From positions 96,001 to 160,000 of the forward strand of contig CBDAOI010000003.1 in assembly GCA_965198005.1 (NCBI GenBank): 64,000 nucleotides of DNA. Reading direction: 5' to 3'. The notes below the pieces were generated by a model. The model did no database searches. It was not told the DNA's origin and saw only the letters and a program-made list of their open reading frames with translations. This DNA comes from Spirochaetia bacterium (GTDB lineage Bacteria > Spirochaetota > Spirochaetia > SZUA-6 > Bin103). Position numbers and translations under genes: made by a program. Positions 49,586-60,328 of this stretch are shown in pieces (positions within the stretch are counted from its first letter, which is position 1; each line of letters starts with the position of its first letter).

Positions 49586-50587
49586 ATGAGAGCCTATATC
49601 ATCAGGAGGGTATTGCTGATCATCCCCACCCTGTTCATTTTGACCGTCCTGGTCTTTCTCTCGGTCCGCTTCATCCCGGGTGATGTAATAGACGTAATGG
49701 CCAGCAGGTTGGACCATGCGATGGCCGCGTTTGACCGTGAAGCTGTTGAGCGTGCGCTGGGATTAGACCAGCCTGTGTACGTGCAGTATGGACGCTGGAT
49801 AGGAGTTTTGCCGACCCCTGACTGGGTTACCGGTGAGTCCCACTTCAAAGGTCTCCTCCAGGGCAACCTTGGCCACTCACTGGTTGGCGGCGGTTACGCG
49901 ATAGGGGAGAGGATAGTAGATAGATTGCCGGTTACCTTCGAGCTCGGGGTGCTGGCTATCCTCATCGGCCTGGTCATCGCGCTGCCGGTGGGCATCTACT
50001 CGGCGGTGCGGCAGTACACCGCCGCCGACTACGTGGGACGGTCGGTCGCCATCATGGGGCTGGCGACGCCCAACTTCTGGCTGGGAACGATGGTGATGAT
50101 CTACCCGGCCATCTGGTGGGCGTGGGCGCCCCCGATGGAGTGGGTCCCGTTCGCCGAGGACCCGCTGGGCAACCTCGGCATGTTTATCATCCCCAGCCTG
50201 ATCCTCGGGACCTATCTGTCGGCCAGCACCATGCGCATGACGCGCACCATGATGCTGGAGGTGCTGCGCCAGGACTATATTCGCACGGCCTGGGCCAAGG
50301 GCCTGCTGGAGCGGTCGGTGATCCTCCGACACGCCGTCAAGAACGCCATCATCCCGGTGGTGACGCTGGTAGGTATGCAGCTGCCGATCCTGGTGGGCGG
50401 TTCGGTCATCATCGAGAACATCTTCAACCTGCCGGGGCTGGGACGGCTGATGCTGGATACGCTCACAGACAGGGACTACCCGGTCGTCTCGGGGCTGAAC
50501 CTGTTCTTCGCCACGGTCGTGGTCTTCGTCAATCTGCTGACCGATCTGCTGTACGCGGCGCTGGACCCGCGGATTCGCTACGAATGA
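49586..50587 (+). CDS. ABC permease, DppB/OppB-like
   Basis: YIIRR, LPVTFELG, EAA-loop region QDYIRTAWAKGL and DPRIRY. Confidence 0.94.
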   Translation: MRAYIIRRVLLIIPTLFILTVLVFLSVRFIPGDVIDVMASRLDHAMAAFDREAVERALGLDQPVYVQYGRWIGVLPTPDWVTGESHFKGLLQGNLGHSLVGGGYAIGERIVDRLPVTFELGVLAILIGLVIALPVGIYSAVRQYTAADYVGRSVAIMGLATPNFWLGTMVMIYPAIWWAWAPPMEWVPFAEDPLGNLGMFIIPSLILGTYLSASTMRMTRTMMLEVLRQDYIRTAWAKGLLERSVILRHAVKNAIIPVVTLVGMQLPILVGGSVIIENIFNLPGLGRLMLDTLTDRDYPVVSGLNLFFATVVVFVNLLTDLLYAALDPRIRYE

Positions 50588-50616
50588 GCCGGGCCGATGG
50601 ATGACGGTGGGTGACG

Positions 50617-51564
50617 ATGGGTGACGTATCCCGGCTGACGCCGGCCGGCGCCGAGCCGGTCGCGGGGGCGGCTGCGACTGGGCAGACGGGGCTGAGGAAG
50701 TTCTTCGGGCGGCTGGTGCGCGAGCAGCCGCTGGGCACCGCCGGCGGCATCGTCATCCTGCTCCTGGTGCTGGTCAGCATCTTCGCCGATTCGCTGGCGC
50801 CCTATCGCTATCAGGAGATCCACCTGCGCGACCGCCTGCAGGGCTCTTCGGCGCAGTACCTGCTGGGCACCGACCACGCGGGGCGGGACTTCCTGAGCCG
50901 CCTCATCCACGGGGCGCGGATGTCGTTGACGGTGGGACTGGCCGCCACTGCCCTCACCGTCGTGGTGGCGGTGCTGATCGGCGGCACCACCGGCTTCATC
51001 GGCGGTCGGCTGGACCTGATGACGCAGCGCTTCGTCGATGCCTGGATGGCGTTCCCGGGGCTGCTGTTGCTGCTCACCATCATGTCGATTGCCGGCCGCG
51101 GCATGCTGCAGATCATCATCGTGCTGGGCGTGTCGGGCGGCATCCCGGCCTCGCGGGTGGTGCGAGGCGCCGTGCTGGGGGTGAAGGAGAACGTCTACTT
51201 CCAGGCGGCGCAGGCGATCGGCAGCTCGCGCCGGGGCTCGCTGCGGCGCCACGTGCTGCCCAACATCGCCGCGCCCATCATCATCATCTTCAGCATCAAC
51301 GTCGGCGGGGTGATCATGTCGGAGGCGGCGCTGAGCTTTCTCGGCTTCGGCCTGCCAGCGGACGTGCCGAGCTGGGGCGGGATGCTCAGCCGCGAGGGGC
51401 GGCGGTACATGGAGGTCGCGCCTCATCTGGCGTTGTGGCCGGGGCTGTTCCTGACCGTGGTCGTCTACAGCCTCAACATGTTCGGCGACGCGGTGCGCGA
51501 CCTGCTGGACCCCCGCCTGCGCGGCCGCCTCGGCCGCTACGGCGCCGGCCGGCACACCACCTGA
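50617..51564 (+). CDS. ABC permease, DppC/OppC-like
   Basis: LGTDHAGRD, HVLPN, EAALSFLGFG..PSWGGML and GDAVRDLLDPR. Confidence 0.94.
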   Translation: MGDVSRLTPAGAEPVAGAAATGQTGLRKFFGRLVREQPLGTAGGIVILLLVLVSIFADSLAPYRYQEIHLRDRLQGSSAQYLLGTDHAGRDFLSRLIHGARMSLTVGLAATALTVVVAVLIGGTTGFIGGRLDLMTQRFVDAWMAFPGLLLLLTIMSIAGRGMLQIIIVLGVSGGIPASRVVRGAVLGVKENVYFQAAQAIGSSRRGSLRRHVLPNIAAPIIIIFSINVGGVIMSEAALSFLGFGLPADVPSWGGMLSREGRRYMEVAPHLALWPGLFLTVVVYSLNMFGDAVRDLLDPRLRGRLGRYGAGRHTT

Positions 51565-51602
51565 CAGCGACTGCAGAATGGCGGCCGAACGGGTCCGCTT
51601 GA

Positions 51603-52841
<1,239 letters not shown>

Positions 52842-52848
52842 GCAAGGA

Positions 52849-54165
52849 TCACCAGTCTCCGAGCAGCCAACTGGCCGCGGATGCCCAATTGACGCGAGCG
52901 GGCAGCCGCCGCGGCGGGGAAGGGTCGAGCGTGACCAGCCAGCGGGTCGCATCCGGGTACGCCTGACCGCCCGCCTGCAGGGCGCGCAGTTCGCGTTCCC
53001 AGGTCGCGTCCTCGGCGGTTTCGAGACATACCTGGACCAACAGCGGAGGGTTCCCGGCGCGGTGAGCGAAGAAGTCGACCTCCCAGCCTTCGGTGGTGCG
53101 CACGTAGGAGACTTCCCAGCCGCGTCGTTCCAACTCCAGCAGGACGGCGGTTTCCAGGGCACGGCCGCGGTGGCTGCGACCGCTGCGCGCAAACAGGGAG
53201 ATCAGCCCGGGGTCCACCGGATACGCCTTACGGGGATTGACCATGCGCCGCCGCTCGGAGGCGGCATGCAGGGAGACCGTCCGCACCAGGAAGGCATCCT
53301 CCAAGTGGCCAAGGTACTGGTGCAGGGTGTCCTTGCCGACTCGCACGCCCTGCGAGCGCAGGGTGTCGTACTGCTTGTTCACCGAGAACGCTCCTCCGGG
53401 GTTGGCCAGCAACTGTCGCTGCAACCAACGCAATGCGAGCGGATTGGTCACCTCGTACCGCTCAATCACGTCGCGCAGCACGGCCACGTCGACATAGCCG
53501 GCCAGCAACGCCGCGCGGTCTCTCGGCTCCGCGCCCTGCGCCTCGGGAAAGCCCCCTTCGACCAGGTAGCGCTGCAGCCGCTGATGCAGCACTGCTGCCG
53601 CCGGCCCCGTCTCCGGCAGCGGATGCGGCGGCTCGTCGCCGGCGTGGCGAAGCGTTTCCCGGAAACTGAAGGGATGGATCAGCACCTCCATCGCCCGGCC
53701 GCGCAAGCTGGTCGCGACCTCCCGGCTCAGCAGACGGGCAGAGGAGCCGGTGACGAACACCTGGATGCCGCCGGTATCGATGAGCCGACGCACCAGCCCC
53801 TCCCACCCCGGAACGTATTGCACCTCATCGAGATACAGGGTGGCGCCGTGGTCCCTGCCGGACCACTGCGGAAAGCGGCGGGCGTGTTCTTCGAGCAGCC
53901 AGCCGAGGTCGGCGACGGTGATGCCGGTAAGGCGCTCGTCCTCGAGCAAGAGCAGCAATTGCGATTCGCCGGGCGCGCCGGAGTGCAACCGCCTGGCGCG
54001 ATGCTCAGCGAGAAACGAGGTCTTGCCGCTACGACGCATACCGATAACGGCAAACGCCTTGCCGGAAATGGCGGGAAGCCGCACGTCGCGTCGCGTAAGG
54101 TGCGGCGGTGGGACGGTCAGGGACTCGTCAAGCTTGGCCCGGAGGAGGTTACGGGAGGTTGTCAC
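52849..54165 (-). CDS. ATP-binding protein (AAA_14 + DUF4143, C-terminal PD-(D/E)xK-like)
   Basis: GMRRSGKT, LDEVQ, TGSS, GGFPE, K.Y..DPG, LETAV and EVDF..QV. Start is approximate. Confidence 0.9.
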   Translation of the reverse strand: MTTSRNLLRAKLDESLTVPPPHLTRRDVRLPAISGKAFAVIGMRRSGKTSFLAEHRARRLHSGAPGESQLLLLLEDERLTGITVADLGWLLEEHARRFPQWSGRDHGATLYLDEVQYVPGWEGLVRRLIDTGGIQVFVTGSSARLLSREVATSLRGRAMEVLIHPFSFRETLRHAGDEPPHPLPETGPAAAVLHQRLQRYLVEGGFPEAQGAEPRDRAALLAGYVDVAVLRDVIERYEVTNPLALRWLQRQLLANPGGAFSVNKQYDTLRSQGVRVGKDTLHQYLGHLEDAFLVRTVSLHAASERRRMVNPRKAYPVDPGLISLFARSGRSHRGRALETAVLLELERRGWEVSYVRTTEGWEVDFFAHRAGNPPLLVQVCLETAEDATWERELRALQAGGQAYPDATRWLVTLDPSPPRRLPARVNWASAASWLLGDW

Positions 54166-54492
54166 TTTGCCAGTGACAATATCTATTAGATTTGTCCCCT
54201 TGTAAAGGTAAATTACTCCGTCACCCCCAATGCCCGGCGCCGCTCTTCGTCCCGTGCATCGAAGACCGGCTCGGCATCGACCTCGTACGCGCACAGGGTG
54301 AGCGGCTGCATCGGCCGGCCAAACGGCTGCGCTTCGCGGATGGCGACGAGCGGGGCGAGCGAGGTGTAGAGCGCCGGCACGCCGCGGCGGTTGGATCACT
54401 CGGCGTCAGCTCCGGCAGCGCACCGAAGCGCACCGATCATCTGCTTGCCGGAACGCGCGGCGGTCGCTACCATCGGATGAGCGAGCGTACCC

Positions 54493-55117
54493 ATGGCCGA
54501 AGGCAACGAACACCGCGACCCCGCAGGAGATCTGGGAGATTCTCCGCGAGGTCTCCGCAGTGCAGCAGGAGACCGCGCGCCGCATGAAGGAGACCGATCA
54601 ACTGCTCAAGCAGCAGGCACGGGCCGCCAAGCAGCGCATGGACAAGCTGGAGGAGATGTTCAACGGGCAGTGGGGCAAGCTGATGGAGTCCCTGGTGGAA
54701 GGCGACCTCGTAGGGCTGCTCCAGCAACGGGGCATCGTGGTGCAGCACACGGTAACCAACCCGCGGCAGAACTACGGTGAGCGGCGCTGGGAGTTCGACA
54801 TCGTGGCTGTCAACGGCGAAGAGGTCGTGGTGGTGGAAGTCAAGACCACTCTCAGGGTGCCCGACATCGATCGGTTCATCGCGCGGTTGAACGAGTTTCC
54901 GGACCTGATGCCGGAGTACGCTTCGCGCCGGATCTACGGGGCGGTTGCTTATCTGAAGGCGTACCAGGAGTCGGAGGTGCGAGCCGAGCGGCTGGGTCTG
55001 TTCGTGATTCGCGCGACCGGCAGCAGCGCCAGCATTACCAACCGGGAGGGGTTCACGCCGCGCACGTTCGGCCACCGGAACCCGGCACCCAGCCGCCAAG
55101 CGGAGCGCTCCGGCTGA
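54493..55117 (+). CDS. coiled-coil + PD-(D/E)xK protein (DUF3782-like), apparent 1-bp frameshift after the ATG
   Basis: EIWEIL..QETARRMKETD..WGKLMESLV and EFDIVAVN..VVEVKTT. ATG at 54493 is out of frame with the body. Confidence 0.72.
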
Positions 55118-55163
55118 CGTCAGCCCCGGCGGGTCGGCCGTGGAGTGCGGAGGAAAAGTGCGC

Positions 55164-55303
55164 CTGCCGCGGCTGCCCCGAAAAAATCTCAAAAAAATCC
55201 AATTTGCCGGTTGACTTGTTGGCGTAGGTGTGTTAGGGTAGTGTCTCGGGGTTGAACGGATGAAACAGATGGCTGATAACATCACTCAGCACTGCCACCG
55301 GTC
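55164..55303 (+). repeat. copy B of the ~150-bp promoter-containing element
   Basis: TTGACT(55211)-17-TAGGGT(55234) with extended TG. Downstream TTGAACGGATG..AGATGGCTG..ACTCAGC.CTGCCACCGGT is shared with copy A. Confidence 0.8.
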
Positions 55304-55459
55304 AGCGCCCCCAAACCGACGCCCGAGGCGTCGGCCCGAAGGGCCGCGAAGCGGGGGGCCCATCCCACCGATACGCTCGGACCTCGTCGGCAATGCCGAC
55401 AAGCTCCTAGCGCCACCGCTGCGTCCCCCTGTACCCTTTATAGAGATTAGATAGTTCGC

Positions 55460-56850
55460 CAGGGACTGCTAGAATCCCAGGCGGGCAAGGCAGCCTACCG
55501 GGAGCAACCTTGAGCCCCCCGCGCCGTAGAGCGCCCGGGGGGGACATGTGCCCCGGTAGGAGTGCCGCGATGGATACCCAGTGAGGAGCTTCCCACCGGG
55601 CGGGGCCCGGCGTGGTCATGTAAGAAACTGTTGTTTCTTAGGAGTAGTGCCAGGTGGGAAGGTGCCAGGAGCACCGGAGCACCAGAGCACCAGTACAGGG
55701 GTGGAACGACATCGTGGCAGCCGAGCTCCACAATCTCGGGAGGTGACAGGATGTCAACCGAACAGACCGAACAGTGGTTCGTGGGTATCGATTGGGCGAC
55801 CCAGCAACATCAGATTTGTGTGCTTGAGGATGACGGCGCGGTGGTCGCGGAACGGCAGGTGGCCCATAGCGGCGCCGGCATCGCCGACTTGTGCGCATGG
55901 TTGCACGAGCTATCCGGCGGGCACCCGGAGCGCGTGCACGCGGGGATCGAGGTGCCGCATGGCGCGGTGGTCGAGATGCTGCTGGAGCGGGAGGTGCAGG
56001 TGTACGCGATCAATCCGAAGCAGATGGATCGATTTCGTGACCGGTTTACGGTGGCCGGCGCCAAGGATGACCGGCGCGACGCGCGGGTGTTGGCAGACTC
56101 GCTGCGCACCGACCGACGCAGCTTTCGTCAGTTGCAGGTGCAGGCACCGCCGGTGATCGAGTTGCGGGAATGGTCGCGCCTGACTGCCGAGTTGCAGGAG
56201 GAACGCAACGGGCTGATCAATCGCATGCGCGAGCAACTGCGCCGCTACTACCCGCAGCTGATCGAGCTGGGCGGTGACCTCGGCGCGGGCTGGGTTCCGG
56301 AGTTGTGGGAGAAGGCTTCGACGCCGGCGGAGGCAGCGCGGGTCCGGAAGGCGTCGGTCGCGGCCATCCTGAAGCGCAACCGCATCCGGCGCCACGCTGC
56401 TGCCGGTGTGCTGCGCATCCTGCGGCAGCAGCCTCGACGAACTGCTGGCCGAGATTGTGGCCGACGACGACTCGGGTGAACCAGAAGAGCAGCGTGACGC
56501 CGTCATCCTGCGTTCGATGCCCGGTGTTGGTCGGATCGTGCTCGCCACGCTGTTCGCGGAGGCCTCACAGCCTGTGGCTGAGCGAGACTACCGCCGGTTG
56601 CGGATTCTGACCGGGGTGGCGCCGGTGACCAAGCGGTCGGGGAAGAGTTGCCAGGTGAGCATGCGCCGGGCCTGCAACCAGCGGCTGAGCAACGCGATGT
56701 ATCACTGGGCGCGGGTGGCGATCCAGCACGATCCGGTGAGTCGGGAGCGGTATGCGGCGCTGCGCGCGCGCGGGCAGCGCCATGGCCGGGCGCTGCGTAC
56801 GGTCGCGGACCGGTTGCTCGCGGTGGCGTGCGCGATGCTGCGTGACCGCA
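55460..56850 (+). mobile_element. IS110-family element: long 5' non-coding end plus recombinase (ATG 55751) broken by a deletion/frameshift at ~56430; right end lost
   Basis: DEDD domain VGIDW, GIE and KDDRRDA. C-terminal SMPGVG and GVAPVTKRSGK (catalytic Ser region). Confidence 0.88.
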
Positions 56851-57122
56851 CGGAACGACAACGGCGCTATCGAGAGCGCCGCAAGGCAGCGCAGCCCCGG
56901 GTGCAGTACCGCAGGCCGCAAGACCGCAAGTCCCGACCGCAGCGCTGGCAGGATGCGGTAGGCACCCTGCTTGACCTCCAGGGTGAGTATCAAGCGTGGC
57001 TCGACCACTTGCCCGACAGTCTCCAGGAGTCCGCGCTCGCACAGCGGCTGGAGGCGATGTGCGGGCTTGATCTTGCCGAACTGGAGAGCGTCGAGCCGCC
57101 GCGCGGGTATGGGCGCGACTGA
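56850..57122 (+). pseudogene. fragment of a small hypothetical protein fused to the IS110 C-terminus
   Basis: ERQRRYR..SRPQRW..EYQAWLD.LPDSL..PPRGYGRD is unrelated to IS110 sequence. Confidence 0.55.
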
Positions 57123-57273
57123 GGGGGGCTCTGCAGCCCGCACCTCACGTCGTTCCTGACCTGCAAGCGCTGATCAGTGCCGGTCTCGGATTGATGTTCG
57201 AGGTGGCACACGGGAGCCGGGGTGGCGGACCGCGCGGTGTCAGCGGTGGTAGGAAACGGCTTTGACGGGCATT

Positions 57274-59221
57274 TTGCGGGATTCCGGGGGGTGCCCTGGG
57301 GTATGAGCGCCAGGCTAACTGGCATATGACAGAGGGTGAAAGTCCCTCGGAACGAAGGAGCAGCCAATCCACGTTTCTCCGCGAGCCGTGCGTTGGCACC
57401 TGCGAGGGTGCAGGCGAAGCGTCGGCAGCGGTGCGTGCGGGCAGAGTTATGGAGCGCCGCAAAATACGACATCCGGAGTGCCGAGATTCTGTACTCGGTC
57501 GAAGGCAACACCGGTCGAGCCAGTATGGTGAGGACCGACCGGGCTCCACGGCGTCGAAGAACTCAGGCACGTACGTACGTCATATACCGGGACCTGGGAG
57601 GTCTTCGGGTCGTCCCGGCGGGTCGTCGCCGGGACCGCGGAGGGAAGGCGTGAGGCTGGACCGAAGATGAACGACCCGAAGAAGTCGGACATGGGCATAG
57701 TAGCGGCGAAGCCGGCGAACAAGGGAGCGCAAGCGACTGCGGAGACGGTGGAGCGAAGGCCCATGACCAACGGGAATTCGCAAGGTCAAAGCACGGGCCG
57801 GACGCAGAGTCGGGCAACCGTGACACAGGCGGCCGAGCGGATACGGCAATTCGTAAAGAGAGAACCGCAGGAGAAACTCACTGCGCTGCTGCACCACGTG
57901 ACGCCGGAAGCGCTGCAGGTGGCCTATTTACGCGCTGAAGCGCGAAGTGGCCCCGGGGGTGGACGGGATGACGTGGCGGGAGTACGAGACGGGGTTGGAA
58001 GTGCGCTTGCACGACCTGCACCGGAGAGTACACACAGGAGCGTACCGAGCGACCCCGGTACGGCGGGTCAACATCGACAAGCCGGACGGAGGCACACGAC
58101 CGCTGGGGGTGGCCGCGCTGGAGGACAAGATCGTCCGGAAGGCCGTGGTGGATGTGATCCTGACACCGATCTATGAGGAGGAATTTCTCGGGATCAGCTA
58201 TGGGTTTCGACCGGGGCGAGGGGCACACGATGCGTTGGACGCACTGGCCTACGCCATCGAACGGCGCAAAGTGAACTGGATATTGGACGCGGACATTCGC
58301 GGCTACTTCGATTCGATCTCGCGGGACTGGTTGATCAGATTCCTGGAGCATCGGATTGGAGATCGGCGGGTGCTGCGGCTGATAAAGAAGTGGCTGCGCG
58401 CTGGGGTACTGGAAGAAGGCCGACAGATCGACGCGGGGCGGGGTACAGCGCAAGGGTCGGTGATTTCACCGATGCTCGCGAATATATACTTGCACTACGT
58501 GTTGGACCTGTGGGTCACCAAGAAGTGGCGGCCGCAGGAGGCGCGCGGAGACATGATCATAGTGCGCTACGCAGATGACTATGTCGCCGGGTTCGAGCAT
58601 CGTGACGATGCGGAACGCTTCCTGCGGGAACTGAAGGAGCGATTCAGAGGCTTCGAGCTGGAACTGAACGCCGACAAGACCCGACTCCTCGAGTTTGGAC
58701 GGTATGCCGAAAGGAACCGCCGAGCACGTGGGGAAGGGCGACCGGAGACGTTCGACTTTCTGGGTTTCACGCATTATTGCAGGAAGGACAGGAAAGGACG
58801 CTTCGGGCTGGGGCGGAAGCCAATTCGGAAGCGGATGAATCGTACGCTGAAGAGGATCAAGATCGAGCTCCGCAGACGCATGCATGATGACGTGATGGAA
58901 ACCGGGCGCTGGCTGGGACGGGTACTGCGCGGATGGCTCAACTACTACGCGGTACCCACCAGCTACCGCTACCTGCATCGATTCGTGTGGCGTCTGCGAG
59001 GAATCTGGACAAAGATTCTACGCCGGAGGTCCCAGAAGGACCGATTCTCCTGGGCTTGGATGCTGGCAATCAGCATCGAGCTGTGGCCCCAACCCCGAAT
59101 CGTACACCCATGGCCGGACCGGCGATTTGCCGTCAACCACCGAAGGTAGGAGCCGGATGGTTTAACGACCACGTCCGGATCTGTGCGGGGGGCGTCGGGT
59201 AACCGGCGTTCCTACCGCGAC
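57274..59221 (+). mobile_element. group II intron (5' end approximate, TTGCG at 57274)
   Basis: Domain I GGGTGAAAGTCCC, domain V GAGCCGGATG..CACGTCCGGATCTGTGCGGGGGG and domain VI ending CCTACCGCGAC at 59221. Confidence 0.9.
57667..59149 (+). pseudogene. ltrA: group II intron reverse transcriptase/maturase without endonuclease domain; frameshift near 57930
   Basis: LLHHV in one frame, then APGVDG, RPLGV, SYGFRPGR, DADIRGYFD, QGSVISP, RYADD, FDFLGF and GWLNYY in another. Start is uncertain. Confidence 0.9.
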
Positions 59222-59690
59222 CGCTGAACGGCAACCCCCCGCAGTCCCCAGATCAACTTCGTGCACTACCGCATCGTACGGGCCGGCACGACCACCTATC
59301 AAAACGCCTGGGTGACCGACTTGGTGCCCACCGCGGACAGCGTAGCGCGGATCGTGCGTGCGGGACGGGCACGCTGGAAGATCGAGAACGAGGGGTTCAA
59401 TACGCTGAAGCGCTGAAGCGCTGAAGAACCAGGGCTATCACCTGGAGCACAACTTCGGCCACGGTGACAAGTACCTGTCGGAGGCGTTCTTCGTGCTCAA
59501 CCTGCTGGCCTATTTCATGCACCAGATATTCGAGCTGGTGGACGGTCTGAATCAGCAGGTGCGGGCTGGGTTCGGGTCGCGCCGGGAGTTCTGGGGCGCG
59601 GTGCGTGCCACGTTCCGGCTATTCCTGATCCGGTCGTGGGACCAGGTGCTGGTGCGGATGAACTCGCCGCCGCAGCCGCTGTCCGGGTAG
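59222..59690 (+). pseudogene. 3' fragment of an ISNCY-like transposase, frameshifted by a triplicated 8-mer
   Basis: WVTD..GRARWKIENEGFNTLK / NQGYHLEHNFGHG, with (CGCTGAAG)x3 at 59403-59426. Confidence 0.82.
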
Positions 59691-60056
59691 CCGCTCCCTG
59701 GGGAACTGAACCTGCTCCCTGAACGATCCCTGACTGGGGCTGCGGCGCAGGTGTGCCGGCGGCGCGCGGGCAACCGGCCCCGAAGGGCCGATCGCCGCAC
59801 CGCGCCAGCCCGCGGCATCGGCCGAGCGGCGGTGGCTGACGGTGGTCAGGTCATCGCACGGGGCTGCATGACGGTGGCTAAATACGTCACCTGCAATCAG
59901 TTACAGAAGTTCTGCCGGGTCGGACCGTGCGTGCATTCACTCGGTGGGCCAACAGGTGGGCATGGTCGCGTTTCACACACTCGGAGGGCTTGAGCTTATG
60001 ACAGGGCTTGCGATCTCGCCCTCAAGACTTTTCTGTAACCTTTCGGCCCCCAATGT

Positions 60057-60210
60057 TGCTATACTGTTTATGGTGCTTTGCCGTTTACCGAGACGTGAGC
60101 GGGGGCTCTGCCGGTTTGCCGGCGCACAGGAGGTGAAGATGATACTGAAAGAACCGTAGGCGCGCGCGGCGTGAGCGGGGGTGAACCCGCCGAGTCACAC
60201 GCCGCGCGCT
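60057..60210 (+). promoter_or_regulatory. extended -10 promoter, SD-led minigene (MILKEP) and long hairpin upstream of the binding-protein gene
   Basis: TGCTATACT at 60057-60065, AGGAGGTG at 60128, ATG at 60139 to TAG at 60159, and a 12-bp stem 60162-60173/60198-60209. Confidence 0.55.
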
Positions 60211-60328
60211 TCACCAATCGGCTCGGACTGGCCGTCCGCGTTGCGGGCGTCGGAGTAGCCAGGGAGCGGCACGTCGCTCCGCAATACTCTCAAAATCCAA
60301 AATCCAAGCAAGGATAAGGATACTGACG

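Noticed and set aside
54221-54433. Small minus-strand ORF, possibly an antitoxin scrap
   Set aside because: No convincing motif, so it cannot be assigned.
57667-59149. RT as a retron, DGR or defence RT
   Set aside because: It is followed directly by canonical domains V and VI and has maturase features. The 46372 copy is intron domain I, not a TR/VR pair with adenine-specific changes.
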